DNA of 52,725 bases, counting the filler, from Sphacelaria rigidula (taxonomy: Eukaryota), in assembly GCA_964200075.2 (NCBI GenBank). It is 4 parts of 4 records of this genome, joined end to end, with 100 filler letters (N's around TTAATTAATTAA, not from the genome) between each part and the next. Parts side by side here need not be neighbours in the genome. Positions count along the whole stretch, not along the records: positions 13,208 to 26,314 come from CAXNAA020003149.1; 3 more parts are not named here. One strand, 5' to 3'. Of this stretch, positions 13,245-25,106 are shown in pieces. Position numbers and translations under genes: made by a program. How positions within the stretch are numbered: the stretch's first letter is position 1; the number at the start of each line of letters is the position of its first letter. The notes under the pieces are model-generated. The model did no database searches. It saw only the letters and a program-made list of their open reading frames with translations, and had not been told where the DNA came from.

Positions 13245-13575
13245 AAGGAAAAAGAAGAAAAAAAGGAAAAAAAAAAACAGGGGGGGGAAAACAAGCAATA
13301 ATAAGAGCAGATGGGGTCAAAGCGTAGGAGGGGGCATGTATGGGATAGAAATCGATTTGTACTGTTACATGCCTAAAATAAGTGGGACCCGATGTCTCAC
13401 GCTCCAAGTACGGGGTGTTGGGGATAGAATTTGGCATAGACTATCCAGGCAATGCTCAGTGACAGCGCAGGTAGCATGTGTTGTTTGGTGTTCATGCGGA
13501 GCAACCGCTGTCGGTCGGAACGTCGAATATAAGAACTTCCTAGAATACGTCTAGAACAAGTACAGTACACTGTCG

Positions 13576-13830
13576 GGCACTTCCTACGATAGCTCCCCCC
13601 CCAAAACCAGCTCAAAAGTGTCACGAAAAAAAAAGGTCATACAGCGCATGATGTTTGGGTTCAAGCTGCATGAAGTGCCTCATATTGGCGACATTGTCTA
13701 GAATGAACCCAAGCGCGGGAATTCCCAGTATCTCGTTGTGCTCGGCTTTTCCCATTTTGATTCACGCGAAGATTTTGCCTCCCAAAACCATGCACTTTTT
13801 TTTTTGGGGGGGGCTATCGTAGAAAGTGTC
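13576..13830. mobile_element. MITE (TIR G[G/A]CACTT[C/T]CTACGATAGC..CCCCCCCCAAAA)
   Basis: Inverted ends at 13576-13606 and 13800-13830; shares the CTACGATAG core with the 6660 MITE. Confidence 0.65.
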
Positions 13831-16800
13831 GTCTGTAGATCGATCTGAGTAACGGTCCAGTACGATCGAGAATCTTTGATAGGATTAAGATACGAACTCT
13901 AGAGAAGAGGAGCACAAGAGAACTCACGAGCACGTCGCGAGCCCTACTCTTCCACTCTTCACTTCTCCAACTTCTCAACTGGAGTTCGACAGCCCATTGT
14001 ACTCTACAAGTCTGTGGTGACCATGAGCACCCATTCAACATAAAATCTTTCTTCTTGCACAGTTGAGCCACAGCTCGCTCTGCAGCTTAACATCTGCTAA
14101 GGTCAGCCTATTGCAGTCACTTGTGGGTGTACAGCAACACATCCGTGACAGGTTTTGAGCCATCGTTTCAGCGCGGCGCTAGTGCGGGGTATATCGGGGA
14201 GCGACGTCTTCGAGCATCCAGCACAAGCAAGCTTCAAAGACCTGTGTCGATAATTCTATAGACTGTGAGAAATTGTGAGTCAACCCTTCTGCGTCTGGAT
14301 ACTGGTCTGATCAGCTAGGATCCAAGATACTGCACAACAAGTGGGACGAACAAACTGGTTAGTGCATCGTATTCGGGGGCATTTCATGTAGGCCTTTTGT
14401 CGAGGAATAGAGTCCTGCGTCTGCATTTTCTGCGTGGCGATCATTACAACCGTTGGGGCGTTAGAATTTGTGGCATACAGTCGGATATTGCCCATTTTAG
14501 CCTGCACGTAAGGACGTACAGCGACGAGATCTGGACAGCACCTTCAATTGTGCCTAGGATCTAGATCGTTTAACAGAGTTTGCGTCGAGCAGGGAGACGA
14601 CTGCAGAGTAGCTAGCTGCAGCCGTGAGCACCTACACGCACAGCGTGTAGCAACGAAATCCGGACAGCACCACATTCGCGCGTCGAGCATTTTCACAATC
14701 TCGGGGCGTTGGAATCGTGCCTAGGATTTTGTCTCTAGCAGCGTTTGCGTAGACCTAGACACGGCTGCACCAGCTAGAGTAGCTACGGTACAGCCGTTTG
14801 AACCCTGCACGCACGACGTGCAGCAACGAGATCCGGACAGCACTACATTCGCGCGTCGAGCATTTTCACAATCTCGGGGCGTTGGAATCGTACCTGGGAT
14901 TTTGTCTCTAGCAGCGTTTGCTTAGACCTAGACACGACTGCACCAGCTGGAGTAGCTACGGCACAGCCGCTTGAACCCTGCACGCACGACGTGCAGCAAC
15001 GAGATCCGGACAGCACCACATTCGCGCGTCGATTTCTTACGGTCTTGGGGCGTTGGAATCGCGTAGAGTCTGGCCTGATACTTCGAGAGTTCTACAGTTG
15101 AAGCAGCTGCGACATTACGGAACAACCATTCAACGTACAAACAACTCTGAAGTCAGTCTCCAAGTTCGACGGAACGAGAACAATGTTCTGCGAATGGCGG
15201 TCAAAAGTTCGGGTATTAATCACTATTCAAACGAGTTTCTCTTCGATATTTTGGAGGGGAAGAAACGCCCTGAGCCAGCAGAAGGGCAGCTGCTGGCCGA
15301 CACTGCAGGAGCGCCTCCACCGATCGCGCAAGCCATTGAAAAATGGCAACGCGGTAATCAAGATATTTTCCCCATTTTGTACCTCGCCACCACAGGGTCA
15401 GCAAATATCCACGTGCGACAGTACAAGGGCCGGAGGCAGGGGGGGGGACTTGGCGATGGGATTGCTGCCTGGAAAGCCCTTGCGGGCGAATATGACAGCT
15501 ACATGAAAGAGACGCGACGAGCATACTACGACGAGCTGTGCAACACAAAGACAGGATCCAGAGGACTTCTTTGACAAAATGGACGACCTTCGGGTTCGGT
15601 TGCATGACATGGGAGAGGTGGTCTCTGACGAGCGTTACGAGGACATCATTCTGCACTCCATCACGAACGACTACGACTTTGTAAGACAGACCAGCTTCCG
15701 CGACCGTAACTGCGGCTTGGAGGAGATAGCGTCCACCATACGGAACATGTTTATCGACAACCTTTCTCGCGTATTCACAAAATCTGTTGTGGGTCGCGGC
15801 ATGGCCATGTAGGCGGCGCACGGCAACCTCAGTAGCATCCAGTGCTTTAACTGCGACGAATACGGGCACCGTCGCAATACATGCCCTGAATGTCTGCGAT
15901 AGAGATCACAAGAGCACCAACAACAGCAGAGGCAAAAGAAGAAGCACTGGGAGAATGAAGGGGGCGGAAATCCCAAGTGGTGTTCTTTACACAAGACAAA
16001 AAGTCACAGCGACGAGCAGTGCTGCAAGCAGAAGGCTACAAAGAAGGATCAAGCTAGCAGCATCAACTTTGCCAACATTGGCAGCGCGCGAATTGCCCAG
16101 ACAGCAGAACCCGAACAGTCAAGGTTTGGGTTTTCCTTCACATCTGTTGGGACTACGCTCGCGAACGTGGCGGACGAATCCAAGAAGTTGGAAGAGCCCG
16201 ACAAGTCAGTCTTGGTTCTTGGACCGACGCCGGGGAAAACACTTGAACAACGGACTGCAGATATTCGGGGATTATTTGGGGCGTTAGGCGAAGTTCCGAA
16301 TGGGGAGCCATATATTGCTACGCCAACGGCCTTGGGCTCGGTGGGGCACAATGGGGATGGCATCAACGGCACATCCCTGATCATGCTGGTGGATAGCGGT
16401 GTATGTTGACACTACCTGGACAGCGACCTCGCTCCCAGAATTCAACGTCGGATGACAAACCTAGCGAAGCCGAAGCCGAAGCAGCCTCACAGGGTTGTTA
16501 CCGCTGGTAAACACATCGCGGAAGGCGTTGCGACGGACACCATTTCTGGTACTGTCACCGACAGAGACGGCGAGAAGCATCCAGTTTTACTCTCGGTCAT
16601 CATCGTGCCTGGTCTGGGACTGCACCTCTTTTCAGTAACTGCGGCATCAAACATGAGAGCTGTTACCATTTTCGACTCTGTTCAATCGCGCGTGAAGATG
16701 GGAAACATCACTCCGCCGTCGAAACGGCTTCGTGGCGACGAATTGTTGTACTTCTTTTCGTTGGATCTGAGGGGTGTAATAAGGGGAACGGCCATACGAA

Positions 16801-16965
16801 CAGAGTCGGCGAGCGTGTGGCAACGGCGTTTGGGACACGTCAACCATTCTAAAACGTAGCCCACCGCGGTGCGGGTAGTCCATTTGGATCACGCATACTT
16901 TTGCAAGTGAAAATTGATGCCGATTCAGCAGGTGATCTACGCTCGCGGTCTGAGGGAGGGGACCT
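13831..16965 (+). mobile_element. Ty1/Copia LTR retrotransposon, internally deleted and decayed
   Basis: A putative LTR ending ..GTGACA is followed by the Copia-type primer site GGTTTTGAGCC (14151). Gag ORFs 15053-15574 and 15579-15812, zinc knuckle CFNCDEYGHRRNTC (~15843-15884), second WCSLHKTKSHSDEQC motif, protease LVDSG (~16386), GAG-pre-integrase WQRRLGH (~16818) and purine tract GAGGGAGGGGA (~16952). Stops and frameshifts throughout; no integrase core or RT. Confidence 0.85.
14520..15062 (+). repeat. 173-bp tandem repeat in the Copia 5' leader
   Basis: GCAACGAGATCCGGACAGCACCACATTCGCGCGTCG starts at ~14650, ~14823 and ~14996, with a more diverged copy at ~14521. Confidence 0.85.
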
Positions 16966-18994
16966 GAAAAAATGTTCGTAGATAATAGTTGATGGGGAAC
17001 ATCATGGAATGTTACAAACTAACACTGAAGTCGTGGTCTGATCACGAGGTGATACTGGTTTCACTCTCGTAGAACACACCCGGCCAGGAGTGACACGAGG
17101 TCAGCGGCTGGCCACATCGAACAATCCCAGTCGAGAGGAATGACCCTTGAGCTCGTGAGTAACAGACCATCGGGTCCGATAAGCACTGCATCGCAAGGCC
17201 AAGCAGGGACTCACTTTCACGTGCAGAAGAGGTGCTCTTGACTTACTATCAAGCGAGATGTCTCCAAGTGGTGGCTGATAGCTTCGTCATTAGGCTTAGC
17301 TACTAGTTAGCTACAACTGAGGTTACTGGGTGATGGAAGTTGTGAGGGCGGTGGGCTCCGGTCAAGGACGCCCGATTGGAATACAACACCAACATGCGAA
17401 TGGAATAAGACCTACTGCACTTGCCACGCATACTGCAAAACGCCTACTACACATACAGTCGATATCCGCCGTAACACTAACACTAACAACGCTAACCCTA
17501 AACCCGACCCAAGGTGCACGAGACCCTCGGGCAAGGAGGGTGCATAGATTCCCCTAGGAAAAGTATGCGTTGGAAGACTTCGAATCGTCGCGGCAGGCGC
17601 CGATTTCGACAAAAACACGTTCTGGACGAGCTGGGTCCACTGCTCACCTGCCCCAAACCATATTTTTTTCAGAACTTTATCAAGTCTAAAATCGAGTAGT
17701 CACCCCTGCCAACCTTTGTGTACGAACATTTGTTTAGGTCTACTGCTCTAAGAGTCATCAACTAGCCTCTTATTATGCTACAAGCCAATGTGTCGTGTAG
17801 CAATTCGAAAGGTGCACGTGACCGCCGTTCCCAAAGCGGCCACTTTCCCTCAGGTAACAAGAGTCCTTTCAATCATGTGGATGTAGTTAGGAAAATCGAA
17901 CTGTTTTGTTTTTACAGCTGTTGCGATATTCCGTACATGTTGTTACGGCGGGTGACCTCTGTGTAGACACCAGCCAAAACAGTAAAGCGACGAAAGCTAG
18001 CCTCAAGACCTTTGCGGACGGCGGTTGATGGCGTGGGTGTCTTATGAAACGACAGGGAGTTGATCATAGAGCATTTTTGTTCCTTGTGGGGTCATATCTC
18101 GCCCCAGGTTGTAATGCATGACCTCCTCACATTGGAATCAATTCTGGAAAGCTACTGGACCGAGGTGTTCAAGCAGCCAGTGTGTGTTCCAGATCGCAGC
18201 ATGGACCCACCCTTCTGCACCACACTAGCAACGGTTAGGTCACCACCATAGGTATATTTTTTCACTCCGCATGTCAAGAAGGTCTCCACGATTGTTTGAT
18301 CTCTCATACACGCCCCCAACCGGGGTGTGGCACGCTCTTGTGGTCGGGCATCCAGAGGGTCACATGCCGGGTAAAATCAACGATGAATAACACCCCCCAA
18401 GTTCAAATTGTATATGTTACTATGGCCGCAGCGCACCGTCCTTGCTGGCATGTGTGTGACAGAGAACAGTAGTAGCGGTGACGGGAACATTGCCCTATTT
18501 TTCAACGACATCTTTTTCAGCACACAGAGGCGCGTCCTGTCCAAAAAGAGAGGCAGAGAGAAATCGATGTTCGCATTGATGAGCTCGACAGGCAAGAAGA
18601 GAAGAGGTCCCTTCGCAGCTCGATGATTTTGGGGGGGCTGTGCGCAGCAACACAATAAAATGCCTACCGACACATGAGAAAGTGGGTACATGCTGGTAAA
18701 TATGCATGATGCCGGTCTCCCGAGCGATTGGTAATCGCCGAGCGAAGACACACAAAGGACACGGGCGAGGAGCTTCCTCTCTGTCGTTGCTTCTCTATGG
18801 TGATATCGTCATGGACATGCGTGTACGCCGCATTCGTTTGGTGCACCTAGCCACAAGTGATTCACTGCTGCTGAGTTTCGGGGGGAAATATGGTTTCGCT
18901 CTGTGTAACTGTGTCACATCGTCCCTGCAAAAAAGATATGCTACTTGAAGCTCGCTTTACAGATCAACCCCAAAAACTAGGATCCGCTGTTAAC

Positions 18995-19338
18995 AGGGAA
19001 TTATATAAAATGAGGTTGATCAATGAAATTAGGTTTGAGGAGGCTAGCCAGTATGCGACAAAAACCCGAGGAAAGTACCGTCCGCAAATGCCTTCGATCA
19101 TTACCGGAGGGGGGGGCGTACTCATTTGTTACTTGCCTTAGTCGTTTGACCATTGACCACCCCCCGTCTCGAAAGATCACTGGTCAAACGACTAAGGCAA
19201 GCAAAAAGTGAGTACGCCCCCCCCCCGGTAATGATCGAAGGCACTTGCGGACGATACTTCCCTCGGGCTTTTGTCGCATACTAGCTAGCCTCCTCAAACC
19301 TCATTTCACTGATCAACCTCATTTTATAGAATCCCCTC
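18995..19338. mobile_element. Foldback MITE with ~135-bp inverted arms
   Basis: 18995-19128 (AGGGAATTATATAAAATGAGGTTGATC...GGGCGTACTCA) is the reverse complement of 19206-19338. Confidence 0.8.
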
Positions 19339-20456
19339 TTTGTTATATTATGTGACTATACAAGGAGAGGTAATTGTGTGAATATACCCCTATCTCACGC
19401 CAGCTACTGCTAATATTCTACTGTACTGTCGTCCTCACAGTGTCTTGAAATGAATAGTTCCGAGGGCACGATCAACAGGACGCACCACCTTGGATCGTGC
19501 GCGTCTCGCGGAATAGTGGCTTTGTACGGGCTAGCCATTTAGATCGATCGAAGAGTACGGCGTGACGGTGACTGCAAGCGTTAGATCCCCAATACTGCCC
19601 CCAACAGACATAGTCGTGTCTGGAAGGCAGACAAGCGATGCCAAGCCGCAAAAACAGGACATGCTCCCACGGTGGATGCGGGAAGCAGTCATTGCACAAC
19701 TTAGACGGCACTCGGACTACGGTATTCTGCTCACAGCACGCCGCGGAGAGTGTGGTAGATGTAACGATCAGTAGGCGCTCCGGCGAGGGCTGCTCGAAGA
19801 GGCCGTCGATCGGGTCGGAGCGAAGCATAAAGGAGGAAGTCTATTTACAGCACGCCGAGGAGGAGACGGTGAATGTTATCAATAGGAGATGCTTCGACGA
19901 GGACTGCTCGAAGAGGCCGTCGTCCGATTCGGAGGGTAGGAGGACGGCGACGTTCGGCTTATATCACGCCGAGAAGCGGATGGTAGATGTTGGGAGCAAG
20001 AGGTACCGCGAGGGCTGCTCCAGGGCACCGTCGTTCGAGTTGGAGAGAAGCAGAAAAGTGGAGTTCTGCTCACAACCCGCCATGGATTGGATAGTGTATG
20101 TTACCAATATGAGGTGCTCCGGCGAGGGTTGCTTCAAGACGCCGTCGTTCGGGTTGGAAGGAAGCACGAAGATGGAGTTCTGCGGATAGCACGCCGAGGA
20201 GGGGATGGTCGATCTATGGGAAAGTTGCTCCCTTGAGGGCTGCTCTAAGAGGTCATCATTCGGGTCGGAGGGCACCCGGACTCCCGTGTTCTGCTCACTA
20301 CACGCCGAGAGAGGAAATGAAGATAGAATGATCAAGAAATGCTCCCTTGAGGGCTGCTCTAAGGCACCGTCGTTCGGGTTGGAGAGCCCTCGGACTGCGG
20401 TGTTCTACTCATAGCGCGCCGTGAAGGGCATGGTGCATGTAAAGGGCAAGAGGTGC

Positions 20457-20733
20457 TATAAAGCCCTCCTGGACTCAAAACAAGGTCACAAGACTGCTCC
20501 AAGGGCTTCCTTCCTCACTAGGGCTTGGACATTTCAAGACCGTGGTTGTTCGCAAACACACAGTCTTCGATATGGGAAGTAAGCTTGCACCTCCTTGAAT
20601 ACATATACTGTCAAGGAGTCATGGTCATACTCCAGAGAATATATCATGATGTAAAGGTCATATTCGAACTTCCATGGATCAACCTGCAGCTCCTCCTGCA
20701 TCTGTACGTGTACTAGAGGTGAACTACGCTACA
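20457..20733 (-). repeat. 3' LTR of Gypsy element
   Basis: Direct repeat of 24817-25106 (about 19 substitutions by eye and one 13-bp indel). Confidence 0.92.
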
Positions 20734-23700
20734 GCACCCCCAAAACTCCGCACTACTCGAAGTAGAAAGCGAGAGTGACAAACAGAAGACACCGAGAATC
20801 ACGTTCATGCTACCTTTGTCCGCCTGTTCGTGACACATGACCATGCAATGTCATGTTCACAAAGGAAATGACCATTTGCAAAACGCTGAACAACGACACT
20901 TGAACATAGCGTCTCAATCGAATTCAGTGAATTCAATTATTCAGTCAATGGCAATTTCCAGTCGTGGCATACTCACACAAAGCAAACGCGCCAAGGATAA
21001 TACCATTTCGAACCGTAGCATTCGATCATATCACACACTCAAAGCTTGATACCGTGCTATGCCTACAAACGTGCCCGCACCTTTTGACTCAGTTCCAACT
21101 GACGCAGCTCAGAACAAATATGCGGCGCTCCTTCCAGACAAATGGGCACACCATCCACATTCTCCGTTTTTCAGATGCGAAACACCACCCGTGCGCTTAT
21201 CCAAACACATGGCAAGCCATCAAAAGACGTGCCACAGTAAAAGATCACTGTATTCGCGACTGCTGCCGAGATAGCCCCCCCCCGAACAAGTGCACGGAGG
21301 CGAAGATCATAAATGCCGTAGAGACCTGATTTCGTGCTGCACGTCGCGACTCATTTGGGCGTGATAGCTGATTTCGGACTGCTACACGCCTCTTATGTGG
21401 GTGAAATTGCTGCAAACGAGCCCAATAGTGGGATTGCAGCCGATTTGTCGGACGGTCTCCGGTGCACTTTCTGTGGGGGGGTTATCTCGGCATTAGTCTC
21501 GCGCATGATTTATTTCATCGTCAACCTCTGGAAATACTCACATTATACTTGTTCACGTACAAGCCTACGCATTTCGTACTTTCCGCTCATTTTCACGCCA
21601 ACAGCAGCATACACCATCTCCTACAGTCACTTTCTGCAAACTGCACAAAGATGATCCCACTTTTCTCCGCGAACAAGAATATACGAGCTTTATTCCATTC
21701 AGCACACAGCAGTGTATTGAAAACTGCCTAACTCTGACTCTTCATCAGACACCATGCACATCAGTCACATATGCATGCTAATATTTCACTCAGCCGCTTC
21801 TTTGCAGAAACCACCATGATGTATCGTGCGTGCCAACCAGAGCAACATAACACACAGATCCAGGAGCCACACCACAACCACCTACAATCGTCCACAACAC
21901 GACTCAGGTGTACAAGTCATGATGTGCTTCCACATTATCAACGAGCAACTACATCAGTACTTGCTCCTTAAAATCACCCAACCCGGCGCTCACAACATCA
22001 AGCACCTCAGGTAATGCCTTCCTTGTAGTTCTCCTGCGCTCCTCCTGAGAAACAGCAGCTCTCCGGCTACAATCTCGTCCATACCGTAGAGTGGCATTTA
22101 CACTCGACCAGTCGCTCCTCGCATCACAGATACAGCTACAGCTCTCACAGCGGTCCCGAAAATCAGTGTGTACTGCCGACTGCACGGCAGGGACCAAACC
22201 CACCCAGGCATCAGCATCGCGTCTTCCTGACTTATTACCTTCAAGGTACGAACAATGTCGCGCATCATTTGCTCACGTTCACGATGTGATAACCGCGAGT
22301 TGGCCACCACTACGAGTACTTAAACGAATCTCCTTCGTCCAAGCCATTTTCTCCCAGCGGACCACCCTCGCCAACACCGAGAAAATTGAAATGAAGAACC
22401 TTTCCTGGGCAAGCACCATGCACCACCTCCTTGTGGGGACGGCGAACTTCCTCCCCCGCTTTGTATGCACTCATCCAGCGAAAACAGGACTTCTCGGGTG
22501 TTGCAATCGCCGCTCTCGCCCACTCTACCTGCGAACTGCAGTACACGAGCCCGAGCGCCACCAATGTTGCGATGCAGCGTGCCAACCACGCCATCCTGAC
22601 CGGAACGTACGCCCTCGGCCGAGCCTTCGCCTCCACACCAACAGGTTTAAATTTCACCTTCAAGGGCTCGACGCGAGTAGGCGGATAGCCATGCAGCACT
22701 TGCCTAAAAATGCTCGCTCTGTTCCGTACAGGCTCACGAATCTGGCTCACGTCGCTCTCCGATATGCCGTTATCCGCGGCGCCTTGTACTCCCTCATCCG
22801 GCGCAACATCAAGCTCAGCAAACTCTTGCTCCGGGAATATGCTCATTGCCGGACTCCTCGACAACAACCGCTCGACTGAGGAATTAACGGGCTCCGCCTG
22901 ACCTCCTGCTTGCTGTAAAGCGTCTACCGCGTTACTGACACGCCGATAGTTCATCAAATGAGGCGTGTTTACACCTCGCACCGAAGTGTTTCGTGCACGT
23001 GCACGGGCACCTAAGCTACTGTACACGCCAATGCCCAGCGCCTCCAGCGTAGGGCTCCCCGTGATGATCACATCATCTGTCCCCGGCAGGACGGGATATG
23101 AACATGGGTCCAGCACAACCGGTCCCCAGCTGGTGTGTGAAGCGGTCCGGACAGGGCAAGTTTTCTACTTCACGCGCTAAACATTGCCGTGAGCCAGTTT
23201 CACCAGCTGTTCACCAACCATCGGTGTGACCACTCAAACCTCTGGAACCGTAGCTTGTAGTTTCGCTGCTACACCCACTGACATGGTCGTGATTCTAGAT
23301 CCCGAGTCTAAAATGGCCTTGACCGTACAAGCACTCTGTGCCCCTGTACTCGGTACAGACACGTCGGCGAGACACCATCGTTCCTCTTTTTCTACGCGTA
23401 TACCCTCAGATTGAAAGCCTGATATCTCACCCTGCTTAAGCGATCTCCACGACGACATCGCCCAAGATGTCCAGCGCGGAACTGTTTCCCCTGTTTCCCC
23501 CGATACGGTCTGCTGTATGCCATCAGTAGGAATGACCGGTTCTGGTCGTAGCATCGCTCCACTGCTGGGAGCACCCCCTCCATCGGTTGAAAATACAGCC
23601 CATGTAGCGGCAGGACTCTTGGCCCCTCCTCGAGGCACCTATCCAGGGCTCTGCGACAGCTGCTGCTGTTGTTGCTGCGTGTCGCCGGCCTTCGACTGCC

Positions 23701-24816
23701 CACCTGGAGTATGTTGTGGAGCAGCAGCTTGGCGTTGCTGCTTACAATCCTTCACGAAGTGGCCCTTGTCTTCACATGAGAAACAACCTGCATAGCTTGG
23801 GCCCGGTTCCCGAGATTTCCCGGAACTAGCAGTCTCACTGCCAGTGGTTGCCGTTTTTTCTCCATTCGGTTGGCGCTTGGACCCGGAGGTCCCGCTGCCG
23901 CTCTTCTGTTTCAGCTGCGGCTGGTGACGGCGCTGTTTATCAGCTGCTTCTACCGTCTTCCATGCCTCTGCTGCTTCCCGAGCCGTATCATACACGAGCC
24001 CAGGGTCCTCTCTCCCCCCCCCCCCTTCATGTGAAGCATGTTGAGTACTTTTGTCTTGAATTCAGGGGGTGACATGCCGGCGAGCAATTCCCGCGAAATG
24101 ATTTTTGCGGGTCCTGCTTTGAAAGTCTCGTCCTCGCGGAACGCGCGCTCGATACTCGCGTTTTCGGCAAAAACCTCCTCGAGGGCACCCCACTGTCCCT
24201 CGATTCTACCCATGGCAGTCAGCTCGTTGCCAGCGGCCAACGCCTTCCGCACACCCGCTGCAGCAACTGAAGGATCGATCTCTGTATCAATCCAACATTT
24301 TGCATGTCGGCCCAGTGCCTCCTTCAGATGTTCATCATCGAGTACCGATCCATCAAATATTGTACGTTATAAACACGCGCGAATATGCTTGGGCACGAGT
24401 TCTGTCACGGTCAATAAAGCGGCCTGTACTGTCCTCCCCTTATTGCTTAGTTGTACGGTCTCTTCGTAATCCCTATATTTTTGAAAAAACCATCCGGAGG
24501 CATCTTCTGAAATGCCGCCCGTACCCCGGTGCTTTTAGCGATCCACCTGGCATAAGCTCAGTAAATTTAAATGTCACCTCACCTCTCACCTGCATCGCTC
24601 CCACCTCCTTTCCTGCGTGCTGCCATTCTTCCTTAGCCGCCCGCAATGCTTTCAGCCAACGTAGCCGCCCCTCTGTTCAACGAGCTACAACGAGCTGCCT
24701 CGCGTTACAGACTGCACACCTGTCTGTCTACAGTACAAAGATGTTTTTGCAGAGACTGTCCGCAGCTGAAAAACAACTTTGCTAGAAACCAGTGGTTTCC
24801 CTAAATACAAGTTTAT

Positions 24817-25106
24817 TATAGAGCCCTCCTGGACTCAAAACAAGGTCACAAGACTGCTCCAAGGGCTTCCTCCCTCACTAGGGCTTGGAGACTTCAAGAC
24901 AGTTGTTGATCACAAACACACAGTCTTCGTTATCGGAAGTAACCTTGCACCTCCTTGAGTACATATTCTATCAAGCAGTCATGGTCATACTCCAGAGAAT
25001 ATATCATGACCTAATATCATGATGCAAAGGTCATATTCGAACCTCCATGGATCAACCTGCAGCTCCTCATGCATCTGTACGTGTACTAGAGGTGGACTAC
25101 GCTACA
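24817..25106 (-). repeat. 5' LTR of Gypsy element
   Basis: Direct repeat of 20457-20733; begins TGTAGCG on the minus strand. Confidence 0.92.

Larger units (their letters stand above)
20457..25106 (-). mobile_element. Ty3/Gypsy LTR retrotransposon with both LTRs and TSD, lacking RT core and RNase H
   Basis: Direct LTRs 20457-20733 and 24817-25106; TSD GTGC(T) at 20453 and 25107. Gag with CFSCEDKGHFVKDC knuckle (~23746-23787), protease AILDSGS (~23300), RT N-terminus (PPTRVEPLKV..ARPRAY) fused in frame to integrase (VHGACPGKVLHFNFL). Confidence 0.92.

Noticed and set aside
17470-17510. Telomere-like CTAACCCTAAACCC
   Set aside because: Only a few degenerate units in an interstitial position; not a telomere.
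22091-22879. 262-aa plus-strand ORF (and similarly 36798-37466, 15216-15869, 35729-36373)
   Set aside because: Antisense or alternative-frame shadows of retrotransposon gag/pol with no independent domain signal.
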